Shown here in pieces: positions 1 through 9,804 of a DNA stretch of 64,000 bases. Each line of letters opens with the position of its first letter. The stretch's first letter is position 1. Origin of the DNA: Candidatus Latescibacterota bacterium (GTDB lineage: Bacteria > Latescibacterota > UBA2968); contig OZ241986.1 of the NCBI GenBank assembly GCA_965204375.1, forward strand, positions 2,080,001-2,144,000. Direction: 5' to 3'. The translations under genes were made by a program, and so were the position numbers. The notes beneath the pieces were generated by a model. That model searched no databases, was not told the origin of the DNA, and was given only the letters and a program-made list of their open reading frames with translations.

Positions 1-1
1 C

Positions 2-1735
2 ATCGTCGGCCTTGTAGCCGCGCTCGGTCTGGGCACCCTTATTTATTACACAGACTTTGGCAAAATTGATTATGCGGGTATCTGGACAAATGCCAATAGG
101 ACCATCAGTGCGCTGCCAGTCTTTGCCAAAATCGGTTTTCCCGGCGTCATTGCCCTGGCAGTCTTTCTCTATTTTCGCTACCGCGCAATCGGTCCCAAAG
201 CCCTCTATGCCAAATTGGTCTCTTCTACGCTTCACTACCGATGGGCAACCCTGTCGGCTGCATGTGTCCTGCTCTTTATGGGCAACTATATCTACGGCAA
301 AGTGGAACAACAACCCTTCCGCTATCAACCCAGTCGCGCTGTAAGACTCACCATTGAAATGCCCCGGAGTTACGATGTAGATAAAGCGCGTGAAATCTTC
401 AAAATTGCCGAAGACATGCTCATCCCATTAAAAGACGAACTCGACATAGAAGCCATTGGCAGCCGATACAGCGGTCGGCGCGGCACACGCCTGACCCTTT
501 ATCTCACGCCGGCAGACGAAGGCACACTCACCACTGATGAAGTTCAGCGCAAAGTTATGGCCCTCCTGCCCAAAGACATTCCGGGCGTGCGTTTCAAATC
601 TGGCGGTGGTCGAGGGAGTTCCGCTGTAGGGGCCGGCGTTCAACTCAAAGGACGCAGCCAGGAAACGCTGGCCATTTTGGCCGAAGACATTGAAACCAGC
701 ATGCAGGACATGCCCGGCGTTCACGAAATACAGACCAGCCTCGAAAGTGGAACCGAGGAGATTCGCGTCACAGTCAATCGCGAGCGCGCACAGCGCTACG
801 GTCTCTCGCCGCGCGATATTGCAACCACCATCGCCTCTGCGCTCGGTTCGCGCGGTGGCTCCAACTTCAAAACTCCCGACGGTGAAATCGACATCACAGT
901 ACTGCTGCGCGAAGAAGACCGCGCCACCCTCGAACAGCTCAAAACAACGGAATTTGAAAGCGACAATGGCGGCATGGTCACCTTCTCCAGCCTGGCGAAT
1001 TTCGACCTGACAACGGGCACCAACACCATTCGACGCGAAGACCGCATGTCAACCGTAACGGTTTTTGCCAACACAGACCAGCAAGCGGTATTTCGCGTGG
1101 GCCAGATTATGAAAATGCGCATGGAAGGCGTGCCCTTGCCCAAGGGATACACCTATGAAATGGACCGCCGCTTCAGATCTATGAATGCAGAACAGAATCA
1201 GGACTACGAGACCTTGATTTTAGCACTCATTCTCATTTACATCATCATGGCCTCGCTCTTTGAATCCTATGTCCATCCGCTTACCATTATGTTCTGCATC
1301 TTCTTCGCATTCATAGGCGTCGCGCTCGGTCTCTACACCTTCAAAATCGCCATGGACAGCAATGCCAAATACGGCCTTCTCGTGCTCTTTGGCATCGTGG
1401 TCAACAACGGCATTGTCCTGGTCGATCACATCAACAGATACCGAAAGCAGGGCCTTACTCGCCGCGATGCCATTATTCGCGGTGGGCAAGACCGCTTGCG
1501 TCCGATTATGATGACTGCCACCACCACTATCATCGGTCTGATGCCGCTGGTATTGCCGATGCTCTTTGGCAATGCAGAAGGCACCTCAAGACGCTGGGGA
1601 CCAATCGGCCTGGTGGTTATTTCCGGGCTGTCCATCTCAACAATTTTAACCCTCGTGCTCCTGCCCACGGTCTATTCCCTCATGGATGACCTCTCCCAAT
1701 TTGCCAAGCGCGTCACAGCCGTAGCACGCGCGTAA
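2..1735 (+). CDS. RND efflux transporter permease, AcrB/AcrD/AcrF family (5'-truncated by window edge)
   Basis: Frame is open from position 2. C-terminal RND motifs MASLFESYVHP, GIVVNNGIVLVD, RLRPIMMTATTTIIGLMP, LTLVLLPTVY. Confidence 0.93.
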   Translation: MVGLVAALGLGTLIYYTDFGKIDYAGIWTNANRTISALPVFAKIGFPGVIALAVFLYFRYRAIGPKALYAKLVSSTLHYRWATLSAACVLLFMGNYIYGKVEQQPFRYQPSRAVRLTIEMPRSYDVDKAREIFKIAEDMLIPLKDELDIEAIGSRYSGRRGTRLTLYLTPADEGTLTTDEVQRKVMALLPKDIPGVRFKSGGGRGSSAVGAGVQLKGRSQETLAILAEDIETSMQDMPGVHEIQTSLESGTEEIRVTVNRERAQRYGLSPRDIATTIASALGSRGGSNFKTPDGEIDITVLLREEDRATLEQLKTTEFESDNGGMVTFSSLANFDLTTGTNTIRREDRMSTVTVFANTDQQAVFRVGQIMKMRMEGVPLPKGYTYEMDRRFRSMNAEQNQDYETLILALILIYIIMASLFESYVHPLTIMFCIFFAFIGVALGLYTFKIAMDSNAKYGLLVLFGIVVNNGIVLVDHINRYRKQGLTRRDAIIRGGQDRLRPIMMTATTTIIGLMPLVLPMLFGNAEGTSRRWGPIGLVVISGLSISTILTLVLLPTVYSLMDDLSQFAKRVTAVARA

Positions 1736-1736
1736 T

Positions 1737-1784
1737 AAAAAAGCCCCAGGCAATCGGTATGGCTTGCCGATTGCCTGAGGCTTT
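1737..1784. terminator. Probable bidirectional intrinsic terminator
   Basis: Inverted repeat AAAGCCCCAGGCAATCGG...CCGATTGCCTGAGGCTTT with an A-tract on the left, between convergent genes. Confidence 0.75.
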
Positions 1785-1804
1785 GCGTCTTTCCAGGAAA
1801 TGCA

Positions 1805-2206
1805 CTAAGCTTCCTCGCGTTGCACCTCCTCCGTTTCATCTGATAATCGATCAACCCCTTGTATCTCACTACCCGCATCGCAGTCAGCTTTAAAAACAGC
1901 GCCATCTTCAACGATCAAGACGCCCGTTTGAATTTTCCCAATAAAAGTGGCTTGCGACTGCAAATGCACTTTCTCTTCAGCCACCAGATTCCCCACAATG
2001 CGCCCGCTGATCAATGCGTCGCGCACCTTCACATTGGCCTCAATAACACCCGACTTCCCCACAATCAGCGTTCCGGATGACTCGAGTTCCCCCTTCAAGA
2101 TCCCATCCACACGCACGCCAGCCGCAATTTGAAAATGACCTTCAGAGACTGCCCCACGCCCAATAATGGTATTCATGGTCTTGTCAAAATTTGTGTTGCG
2201 CTCCAT
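1805..2206 (-). CDS. Bactofilin (polymer-forming cytoskeletal protein)
   Basis: TIIGRG...VRVDG..KGEL...GTLIVGKSG.IEANV...ISGRIVGNL...EKVHL...GKI....LIVEDGAVF beta-helix pattern. Confidence 0.9.
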   Translation of the reverse strand: MERNTNFDKTMNTIIGRGAVSEGHFQIAAGVRVDGILKGELESSGTLIVGKSGVIEANVKVRDALISGRIVGNLVAEEKVHLQSQATFIGKIQTGVLIVEDGAVFKADCDAGSEIQGVDRLSDETEEVQREEA

Positions 2207-2292
2207 AAGTCACTCCTCCAGAAGATTACTCGGCATTCAACATAATATAAATCACATTCGTTCGAGTCAATTTCTTTCTTCGAACTTTCCGC

Positions 2293-2321
2293 TTGACAAG
2301 CATTTTTTACGGGCGTACTTT
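2293..2321 (+). promoter_or_regulatory. Putative sigma-70 promoter for the lectin-like/ABC operon
   Basis: TTGACA-N17-TACTTT, followed by GAGGAG RBS before GTG at 2357. Confidence 0.6.
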
Positions 2322-2356
2322 GCGAGCCGTTTTACACCCCAAACCGAGGAGAAACT

Positions 2357-2731
2357 GTGGCATTCACAATTACCAAAACCGTTCGTCCAAACGCCGTGTG
2401 GCAAGAAATGTATCTCCAGATACAAAAAGATCAGCGCGTAATTATCACTGCAGAGGGCCTCTGGTCTCCCGAAATGCGTCCGCTTACCATTGTCTGGTGT
2501 GGTCCCGATGGCATTGAAGGGCGTCCCGCCAATGATCAATATCTCTTGCCCGGCACAAATGTGGGAGCGCTCGTTGGACGCATTGGCGACAGCCCTATTC
2601 TTTCAGTGGGCAATTATTTCGATTTTTATTCGCCCTACGAAGGCCCGCTATTTCTCGCCATGAATGAAAATCCCGAATACCACAGCCAGGCCGGTTCTCT
2701 CCACGCGCAAATCATCTTGTTTGACCTGTGA
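2357..2731 (+). CDS. LecA/PA-IL-like lectin-fold protein
   Basis: 124 aa. Pattern VIITAEG.W...CGPDG...GALVGRIG...GPLFLAMNE...GSL parallels PA-IL (ITIVAAG...WGPQG...GALVMKIG...ITLIYND...GSF). No signal peptide. Confidence 0.6.
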   Translation: MAFTITKTVRPNAVWQEMYLQIQKDQRVIITAEGLWSPEMRPLTIVWCGPDGIEGRPANDQYLLPGTNVGALVGRIGDSPILSVGNYFDFYSPYEGPLFLAMNENPEYHSQAGSLHAQIILFDL

Positions 2732-3510
2732 AACTAATCCGCTTTTTTGCCCGAGAATACGCCCTTTCAGGGCTATTTATCATCCTGCTACTCGGCTTGT
2801 GGGAAGTGATCGTGCGAAGTCTTGATGTCGCCGCATTTATACTCCCTCCTCCCTCTCAAATCCTGTCCAAATTTGCCACATCTCATCGCCTCCTGCTCTC
2901 TCATGGTCTCGTTACACTCACCGAAGCCCTCGGCGGCTTTCTCACAGGCGCATCATCGGGGCTACTTTGCGCCATTGCAATGGCCCGTTCCCGCCTGATC
3001 GAACGGATGCTCTATCCTCTGGTCATCTCCACGCAGACCTTTCCCAAAGAGGCACTGGCTCCTGTCTTTGTCATCTGGTTTGGATTTGGCCTTTTGCCCA
3101 AAGTGATTATTGCGGGCCTCATTTCCTTTTTTCCCGTTGTGATCAACACCACGCGCGGTCTCTTATCCGTTGACAAATCCATCCTCGACTTGATGCGGTC
3201 GCTCTCGGCCAGCCAACGACAAATTTTTTTTAAAGTGCGCTTGCCCAATGCCATTCCCTATCTTTTTGCCGCACTCAAAATGTGCATCACGCTCAGTGTG
3301 ATTGGCGCTGTAGTCGGCGAATTTGTCGGCTCCAGTGCGGGTCTGGGCCACCTCATTCGGCTCGCCAATTCAGAACTCGCCACCGATTTGATGTTTGCCG
3401 CCCTGCTCGCACTCGGGTGTATGGGCACGGGCCTGTTTTTGCTCGTTGACGGCCTCGAAAAAACAGCCCTGCGCCGTTGGGGCGGCGCCGTTGAAACCAT
3501 AGGTCGCTAA
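2728..3510 (+). CDS. ABC transporter permease, NitT/TauT (SsuC/TauC) family
   Basis: ILPPPS, LAPVFVIWFGFG, FFPVVINT, KVRLPNAIPYLFAALK, GAVVGEF..S.AGLG motifs. Confidence 0.92.
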   Translation: MKLIRFFAREYALSGLFIILLLGLWEVIVRSLDVAAFILPPPSQILSKFATSHRLLLSHGLVTLTEALGGFLTGASSGLLCAIAMARSRLIERMLYPLVISTQTFPKEALAPVFVIWFGFGLLPKVIIAGLISFFPVVINTTRGLLSVDKSILDLMRSLSASQRQIFFKVRLPNAIPYLFAALKMCITLSVIGAVVGEFVGSSAGLGHLIRLANSELATDLMFAALLALGCMGTGLFLLVDGLEKTALRRWGGAVETIGR

Positions 3511-3523
3511 AAGGAGTATTCCC

Positions 3524-4489
3524 ATGCAAAAAATATTCATTGCTATTGCCCTCGCACTCATCACCCTATCCTGTACAGATACAGAAAAAACAAAAGTGCA
3601 ATTCATTCTCGACTGGAAAGCACAGATGGAACACGCGGGCTTTTTTGTCGCCAAACAAAAGGGGTTTTACGAACAAGAGGGACTTGAGGTCGAAATCCTC
3701 GAAGGCAGTGGTGCCCCCACTTCAGCTCGCGTCGTGGGCAACGGCACCTACAAACTCGGCGTGGCCAGCGGATCGGCAACTGTTATGGCGAGGGTGCGCA
3801 ACATTCCCATTGTATCGCTCGCAGTAATCAATCAGCAAACCCCGGTGGTCGTTTATTCACTCGTAGAAAAAAATATCACAACACCTGCAGATCTAATCGG
3901 CAAAAGCATTGGCGTCAATATCGGCGGCACGAAACACCGCGAATTTCAAGCCTTTTTACGCCACCAGAATATCCCCGAAGAAGACATACAACTCATGGGT
4001 ATGAGCGAAGCCAGCCCGGCGCCGCTCCTCGCAGGTCAAGTCGATGCCATGCTTGGATATACCGAAGATCAACCCGTCACAGTCGAACTCCAGGGTCACG
4101 CAGTCAATCGCCTTGCCCTATCGGATTACGGCATCGATGTATATAGCACCAACATCATTGCCAATGAGTCTTTTCTCAAAGAAAATCCCGAACTGGTCAA
4201 ACGCTTTTTGCGGGCGAGCCTGCGCGGATGGCAACACGCCGTCGATCATCCCGAAGATGCGGTAGCAGCCTACATGGCCGCGCGTCCCGAAAGCGATGAG
4301 GCCTTCAATCGCGCCAATTTCAAATATCTGATTCCTCTATTGCAAAGCGCCGACACACAACAACAGGGCCTGGGCGCCCAGACAAAAGCAAAGTGGCAAC
4401 AAACACAGGACATCCTCCACAGCCTGGACATGATCGACCAAAAAGTCGATCTCAACCTGCTCTACACCACGGCATTTATGCCTGAGTAA
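3524..4489 (+). CDS. ABC substrate-binding lipoprotein, NMT1/THI5/SsuA-like
   Basis: Lipobox ITLSC; LDWKAQMEHAGFFVAKQKGFY..EGLEVEI; NPELVKRFLRASLRGW. Confidence 0.9.
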   Translation: MQKIFIAIALALITLSCTDTEKTKVQFILDWKAQMEHAGFFVAKQKGFYEQEGLEVEILEGSGAPTSARVVGNGTYKLGVASGSATVMARVRNIPIVSLAVINQQTPVVVYSLVEKNITTPADLIGKSIGVNIGGTKHREFQAFLRHQNIPEEDIQLMGMSEASPAPLLAGQVDAMLGYTEDQPVTVELQGHAVNRLALSDYGIDVYSTNIIANESFLKENPELVKRFLRASLRGWQHAVDHPEDAVAAYMAARPESDEAFNRANFKYLIPLLQSADTQQQGLGAQTKAKWQQTQDILHSLDMIDQKVDLNLLYTTAFMPE

Positions 4490-5873
4490 AGTCGGGAGTC
4501 AACCGCAAACCAACCGCCTGCTCATAAGCATACGCCAGGCGCAAAATCCGAGCCTCGTCATAAGGCTTGCCAATAATCTGCAAACCAATGGGCAAATTTT
4601 CATCAGACCATCCACACGGAACCGACACCGCGCATAAACCCAAAAAATTGACCAGCCGCGTCGTCAACCTGACGGGCGCAACATCGACATCTGCAACACG
4701 CGGTGCAACCGTCAACATCGTCGGACAAATCACGGCATCCACATCTCGCAGGGTCTCGCGGGCAGAGATTCGCAACTGCTCGCGCCGTTGTAAAACTGCC
4801 GCATAATCTGGCGCAGAAAAAGACGCGCCATGTGCAATCCGCGCGCGAATGCGCGGATCCATCATCTCGCCATACTCTGCTATAAAATTACCGTGGCACG
4901 CATACCCCTCCACGCACATAATCATCGCACTGCCGCGCCCATCAAGCTCTTCGTCTAACTCCTCTCTCGCCTCGGGAAATTGGAATTCCTCCACATTGAC
5001 CCCCAATTCACACAAAACCTCCGCCGCGGCTTCTACTGAAGCGATAACCTCAGCATCTGCCCCATCGCAAAACGGATCGCGCACAAATCCGACGCGCAAC
5101 CCCTCCACATCTCGCTTCAGCCAGCGAACCACATCCACCAGCGGTTGATTTAACGTCACTGGATCAGCCGCATCAGGCCCCGCAATCGCTTCAAACACCA
5201 GCGCGACATCTTCCACACATCGCGTCAAAGGTCCCATGCTATCCAGCGTCCACGAAAGCGGCATCGCGCCAGCGCGGCTCACCCGCTCCAGCGTGGGCTT
5301 GAGACCCACGACACCGCAAAACGACGCCGGGATCCGAATAGAACCACCCGTATCTGTACCCATCGCAACAGGCACCAACCCCGCCGCCACAGCCACCCCC
5401 GACCCACTGCTCGACCCACCCGGTACGCGTTCTGATCCCCAGGGATTCGGCGGCGTGCCGTAATGGGGATTCAAACCATAAGGCCCAAACGCGAGTTCCA
5501 CCATATTGGTCTTACCCATCAACACGGCACCGGCCTGTGAAAGACGCTTTGCGACGGTTGCCGAATCCTCCGGTACAAATGTATCCCATACTTTTGTCCC
5601 TGAAGTCGTGCGAATACCCGCCGTGTGAAATAGATCTTTAAGCGCGATTGGAATGCCGTGCAAAGGCCCCAAATCCGATCCCGACCGCAACATCGCCTCC
5701 GCCGCCTGTGCCTCGGCGCGAGCGCGTTCTGCCGTAACTGTAATAAACGCCTTTGTCTGATCGCCGTATTCGTCAATGCGATTGAGCAACGCATCTACCA
5801 CCTCAACCGGCGATACATCACCCCCCCGATAGCGCGCGCCCAATTCCGATAGGGTTGCAAAATGCATATCCAC
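4476..5873 (-). CDS. Amidase-signature family enzyme (GatA-like amidase)
   Basis: PLHGIPIALKD, PGGSSSGS, GTDTGGSIRIPAS (Ser-cisSer-Lys triad). Start moved to GTG 5873 just after the upstream stop; 3' end overlaps the convergent SBP gene by 14 nt. Confidence 0.9.
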   Translation of the reverse strand: MDMHFATLSELGARYRGGDVSPVEVVDALLNRIDEYGDQTKAFITVTAERARAEAQAAEAMLRSGSDLGPLHGIPIALKDLFHTAGIRTTSGTKVWDTFVPEDSATVAKRLSQAGAVLMGKTNMVELAFGPYGLNPHYGTPPNPWGSERVPGGSSSGSGVAVAAGLVPVAMGTDTGGSIRIPASFCGVVGLKPTLERVSRAGAMPLSWTLDSMGPLTRCVEDVALVFEAIAGPDAADPVTLNQPLVDVVRWLKRDVEGLRVGFVRDPFCDGADAEVIASVEAAAEVLCELGVNVEEFQFPEAREELDEELDGRGSAMIMCVEGYACHGNFIAEYGEMMDPRIRARIAHGASFSAPDYAAVLQRREQLRISARETLRDVDAVICPTMLTVAPRVADVDVAPVRLTTRLVNFLGLCAVSVPCGWSDENLPIGLQIIGKPYDEARILRLAYAYEQAVGLRLTPDFTQA

Positions 5874-5875
5874 AG

Positions 5876-6916
5876 TCAGATATCCTCTCCAGGCGACCAC
5901 GTCACCCGCCCGGCAATCATGTCCTCTAACAACACAAGCTCCCCACCGCGTTCGGCAGATGCATTGGCTCCCAGTACAGCCGCCAGACTGTTCAGCGCAT
6001 CGCCATACGAACTCCGCATCGCAGTGCGATCTCCCTTCCGTATCGCACCGACAAATGCCTCTGTCTGAAACGCAAATGCATTGGGACGGCCATCCCACGC
6101 CGCGACTTCTTCACCATTCAACACGACATTTTGCGCCGACCACTCGAAAAGCGCGTCGTCGGCAACAACTGTCACCTCGCGCCGCGCATAATTCACATTG
6201 GTTAACACCCGCGATGTAGTTGCATTGGCAACCACACCGCTCTTAAATCGATAATTCACATCATAAACATAAGGCATATTGATCGGCTCTGGTCCCTCAC
6301 CTTCTGCACGATAAAAATAAAACGCCGACACCGCTTCGATATCGCCCAGGAAAAAACGCAACAGATCGATCAGGTGAATCGTATTTTCCACGTACGATCC
6401 CCCACATAGAGCCATGCGGCTCGTCCAGTATCGGATATGCCGTCCGCTGTAAAACAACTGCACCTGTGCGTGCCTCGGAATCCGCGCTTCAAGCATCGCC
6501 TTCAGATATTCAGATGAAGGATAATATCGACTCATGAACCCCACCTGGGAAACAATACCCGCGCGGTCAATAGCCTCGTTAAATGCCACAGCCTGAGCCA
6601 TATCCAAACTTTGCGGTTTCTCCACAAAAAGAGCGATCCCCTTCTCCGCAGCGATCAACTCCGCATCCGTATGCAAAGCCGGGGGCAAACACACATAAAC
6701 CCCGTCCAATTCCTCTTTGTCGAACATCTCGCGGTGATCTGTGTAAACAGATTTCGCGCCCCACACCTTTGCCTGCTCAGACGCAACGCCCTGATCCACA
6801 TCGCAAAATGCCTGCAACACCACCTCGCCCTTTTCGACCAATTGGGAGAGGGCTGGCAAATGTGCATTCTGCGGAATATGACCCAATCCGATCATACCCA
6901 CTCGAACGGGTTTCAT
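5876..6916 (-). CDS. Gfo/Idh/MocA family oxidoreductase
   Basis: VRVGMIGLG Rossmann start, LFVEKP, VGFMSRY, GG..VENTIHLIDL. Confidence 0.92.
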   Translation of the reverse strand: MKPVRVGMIGLGHIPQNAHLPALSQLVEKGEVVLQAFCDVDQGVASEQAKVWGAKSVYTDHREMFDKEELDGVYVCLPPALHTDAELIAAEKGIALFVEKPQSLDMAQAVAFNEAIDRAGIVSQVGFMSRYYPSSEYLKAMLEARIPRHAQVQLFYSGRHIRYWTSRMALCGGSYVENTIHLIDLLRFFLGDIEAVSAFYFYRAEGEGPEPINMPYVYDVNYRFKSGVVANATTSRVLTNVNYARREVTVVADDALFEWSAQNVVLNGEEVAAWDGRPNAFAFQTEAFVGAIRKGDRTAMRSSYGDALNSLAAVLGANASAERGGELVLLEDMIAGRVTWSPGEDI

Positions 6917-6919
6917 ATA

Positions 6920-7816
6920 CTATCTCCCTTCTATCTCTGCAATCAATTCTCGGGATAATTTCCCACCATCCGACACACGCACACAATCCTCTAACTCATC
7001 AATATCCGATACCCCGCACAACAACATCGACACCCGATTGTCCGACAACAAATAGCGCAAAGCCGTGCGCGTCATGGGTTCATCCACACCTTCAACAATT
7101 TTCTCCACCCGCATTAAATTGTCATACAAATCGGCAAATCGCCCCTGCGCCATCCACTGCTCCCGTTTTGAACCCAACAACCCCGCGTGCAATGGCGAAG
7201 CACAAATCACGGCAACGTCTTCTGATGCTGCCGTGGGAACCAATTCCTCAGTTGCTTCTCGCGTCAGCAAATCGTACTTGCAAAACGTAATCACCGAAAC
7301 AAAAACATCGGTCTCTTTGAGCACCCGAGACATCAAATCCAGATCAGAACCCGTCAGCCCAATATAATCGCAAATTCCCTGAGACTGTATCTCCAACAAT
7401 GTCTCCACAGTTCGCCCCACATCAAACAACCCGGTCCATCCGGCTTTTTCGGCTTCGTGCACCTGCAAAAGATGCACGTGATCGCGCTTTAACCGCTTCA
7501 AACTCGCATCGAGACCGCGCCATACCGCATCGCGTGTATAGTCAAATGGCTCGGGATAATACCCCACCTTTGTCGCCAGATAATACGGCTCTCGCACACC
7601 CGACAGCGCGACGCCCAGCACCTCTTCGCTGCGCCCGCGTCCGTAAAGCGGTGCGGTATCGAAATAATTCACACCCAATTCCAGCGCCCGCTCCACCACC
7701 GCCACGCCATGCGACACCGGTTTTAGCCCCATCTCCGGACGCCCGTAGAACCACGACCCACCAAGCCCTATCTCGCTGACCTCCCATCCCGTCTTGCCAA
7801 ATATCCTGTATTCCAT
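6920..7816 (-). CDS. Aldo/keto reductase
   Basis: MEYRIFGKTGWEVSEIGLG, YFDTAPLYG, YLATKVG, SLKRL...LLQVH. Start at ATG 7816. Confidence 0.92.
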   Translation of the reverse strand: MEYRIFGKTGWEVSEIGLGGSWFYGRPEMGLKPVSHGVAVVERALELGVNYFDTAPLYGRGRSEEVLGVALSGVREPYYLATKVGYYPEPFDYTRDAVWRGLDASLKRLKRDHVHLLQVHEAEKAGWTGLFDVGRTVETLLEIQSQGICDYIGLTGSDLDLMSRVLKETDVFVSVITFCKYDLLTREATEELVPTAASEDVAVICASPLHAGLLGSKREQWMAQGRFADLYDNLMRVEKIVEGVDEPMTRTALRYLLSDNRVSMLLCGVSDIDELEDCVRVSDGGKLSRELIAEIEGR

Positions 7817-7821
7817 TTCAT

Positions 7822-8496
7822 TCACCGATACCATCGACACAACGTGACATCCGACACAGAAAACGTATAGAGAATACGCAATGCCCACATCTCTACCACA
7901 GTGCGAACAAAGCCCCACTTGCGCCACCGCCGTGTGGAACTGCATACCCGTGCATTGAGCATCACAAATTTGCCCACACGCGCCACACGCGAGCAAAACT
8001 CGGAATCCTCAAACAACTGCAAGGGTGGAAATCCCCCCACAGCGTAAAAAGTCTCTCGCCGGACATAAATCCCCTGATCGCCATAAGTAATCCCCAAATA
8101 TCGGGAGCGCAATGTGCTCAAAAGCGCAACCAACCGAAAACCAATCGTCTTCTCCGACAACCCGAGCCGAAATCGCCCGCCCACCACACCGGATACGCGC
8201 AACGAGTCGCGTATCAACATCAACCCATCAGAGGGCAAAAATGTATCGGCGTGTAAAAACAAAAACACATCGCCCGTCGCCCTTTCCACACCGGCATTCA
8301 TCTGCAGCGCCCGCCCTGCTTTCCCTACCTGAACCCATTGTGCCCTACCAAGTGCCTCAACCACTTCCTGCGTGTCATCCGTACTCCCACCATCTACCAC
8401 AATCAGTTCCACATCCTCAACACCGCAAAACTGTGCCAGACACGCGCCGATAACAGCTTCTTCATTTAGAACGGGAATAATCACACTGATCTGCAC
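7822..8496 (-). CDS. Glycosyltransferase family 2, TIGR04283-like
   Basis: ISVIIPVLNEE, VVDGGSTD, GRALQMNAG, FLFLHADT, YGDQG, GGFP...FED, SSTRRW. Confidence 0.85.
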   Translation of the reverse strand: MQISVIIPVLNEEAVIGACLAQFCGVEDVELIVVDGGSTDDTQEVVEALGRAQWVQVGKAGRALQMNAGVERATGDVFLFLHADTFLPSDGLMLIRDSLRVSGVVGGRFRLGLSEKTIGFRLVALLSTLRSRYLGITYGDQGIYVRRETFYAVGGFPPLQLFEDSEFCSRVARVGKFVMLNARVCSSTRRWRKWGFVRTVVEMWALRILYTFSVSDVTLCRWYR

Positions 8497-8506
8497 ACCG
8501 ACTCCG

Positions 8507-9049
8507 TTATTTTTTTAGTACATCAAAAAACTGCCGACCATAACTAATCAGTGAAACAATGAGAAACACAACACTCAGACCAATCAGCGCGGGCTTGAGC
8601 ACATCGGCATCCCACAAATAGGCCAAAAGCAACCCACTCAGCACCAGCGTTGTAACCTTGCCCCAAAAATTGGAGGACAACAACACATCGTGTCGCTTGA
8701 CCAGATACATCCCCGCAAAAAAAATCACCACATCGCGCACCAAAACAACCACAACCAGCCATACGGGTAAATCTTTGAACACAACCATGGCAATTGTAAT
8801 CGCCCCAACAGCTACCTTATCGGCCAGAGGATCGAGAATCTTCCCCCACTGTGAAATTTCACCCCACCTGCGCGCGAGCCACCCATCTATCCAATCGCTG
8901 ACAATCATCACCACCACCACGCCGAATGCTTCCCATACGCGATCCGCCCCCAATGAGATAAGCCACACAGCGGGCAGAATCAGCACCGCGCGCAACAAAC
9001 TAACGGCATTTGACAGCGTCCAGAAACGACCGCGTTCAGAACTTTCCAT
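8507..9049 (-). CDS. CDP-alcohol phosphatidyltransferase (PgsA-like)
   Basis: Signature SDWIDGWLARRWGEISQWGKILDPLADK; GAGGTG RBS before ATG 9049. Confidence 0.92.
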   Translation of the reverse strand: MESSERGRFWTLSNAVSLLRAVLILPAVWLISLGADRVWEAFGVVVVMIVSDWIDGWLARRWGEISQWGKILDPLADKVAVGAITIAMVVFKDLPVWLVVVVLVRDVVIFFAGMYLVKRHDVLLSSNFWGKVTTLVLSGLLLAYLWDADVLKPALIGLSVVFLIVSLISYGRQFFDVLKK

Positions 9050-9057
9050 ACAACACC

Positions 9058-9804
9058 TCATGACAACATCAATTTCAGCCCAATTCCCAGAACCAGAACC
9101 AGCACACTGCGGTTAAACCACACAGGGGACAACCGCCGATTCAAAAACAAACCGACCGCAGCCCCCAGGAACAAAGCCGGTAACATCCACACATCCATCA
9201 CCAAACTCTGGAAATTGATCAATCCCAAAAAAACATAAGGCGTCAACTTCAAAAGATTCAAAGCAATGCCAAAAATCCACGCAGTACCCACAAACGTGCG
9301 CCCAATCAGACCCTGTGGCAACAAATACAACATCAAAATCACGCCCCCCGCAGAAACCAATGTGGAAACCGCCCCCAAAGTCACGCCAACGCCAAAACGC
9401 ATCCACGGTCCCGGCGGTTTCACATTCACCAGCACCCGGTCCCTCATGGTCTGTAGCACTGCAAAAATACATGCCAGAGCGCCCAACATGCGCCGAAACC
9501 AGACCTCTGGCACAATATCCAGAATACCCGCACCAATCAAAATACCCAGCACCATGCCGGGCATCAATGCCTTGACATGGTCCCCAACCCAGTGCCCCCA
9601 GTAGTACCGCGCACTGATCACATCGGTCGCCAGAGAAAGTGGCAAAACAAGCCCCAGCGCGGACTTCGCGGGCACTGCGAGCGCGAGAACCGGCACAGCT
9701 ACCACACCAATGCCACCGCCAAATCCCGCACGCATCACGCCAATCAAAAAACCACCAACCCCCAACACGACAAAATCAATTATATCCAAACAATCCACCT
9801 TCAC
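9058..9804 (-). CDS. TSUP family membrane protein (TauE/SafE sulfite-exporter-like)
   Basis: About 8 hydrophobic segments; GFGGGIG, AGG..LMLYLLP, NLLKLTPY..LG. Confidence 0.82.
   Translation of the reverse strand: MKVDCLDIIDFVVLGVGGFLIGVMRAGFGGGIGVVAVPVLALAVPAKSALGLVLPLSLATDVISARYYWGHWVGDHVKALMPGMVLGILIGAGILDIVPEVWFRRMLGALACIFAVLQTMRDRVLVNVKPPGPWMRFGVGVTLGAVSTLVSAGGVILMLYLLPQGLIGRTFVGTAWIFGIALNLLKLTPYVFLGLINFQSLVMDVWMLPALFLGAAVGLFLNRRLSPVWFNRSVLVLVLGIGLKLMLS

Noticed and set aside
4476-5873. gatA (Glu-tRNA amidotransferase subunit A)
   Set aside because: No adjacent gatB or gatC and only generic amidase-signature motifs.
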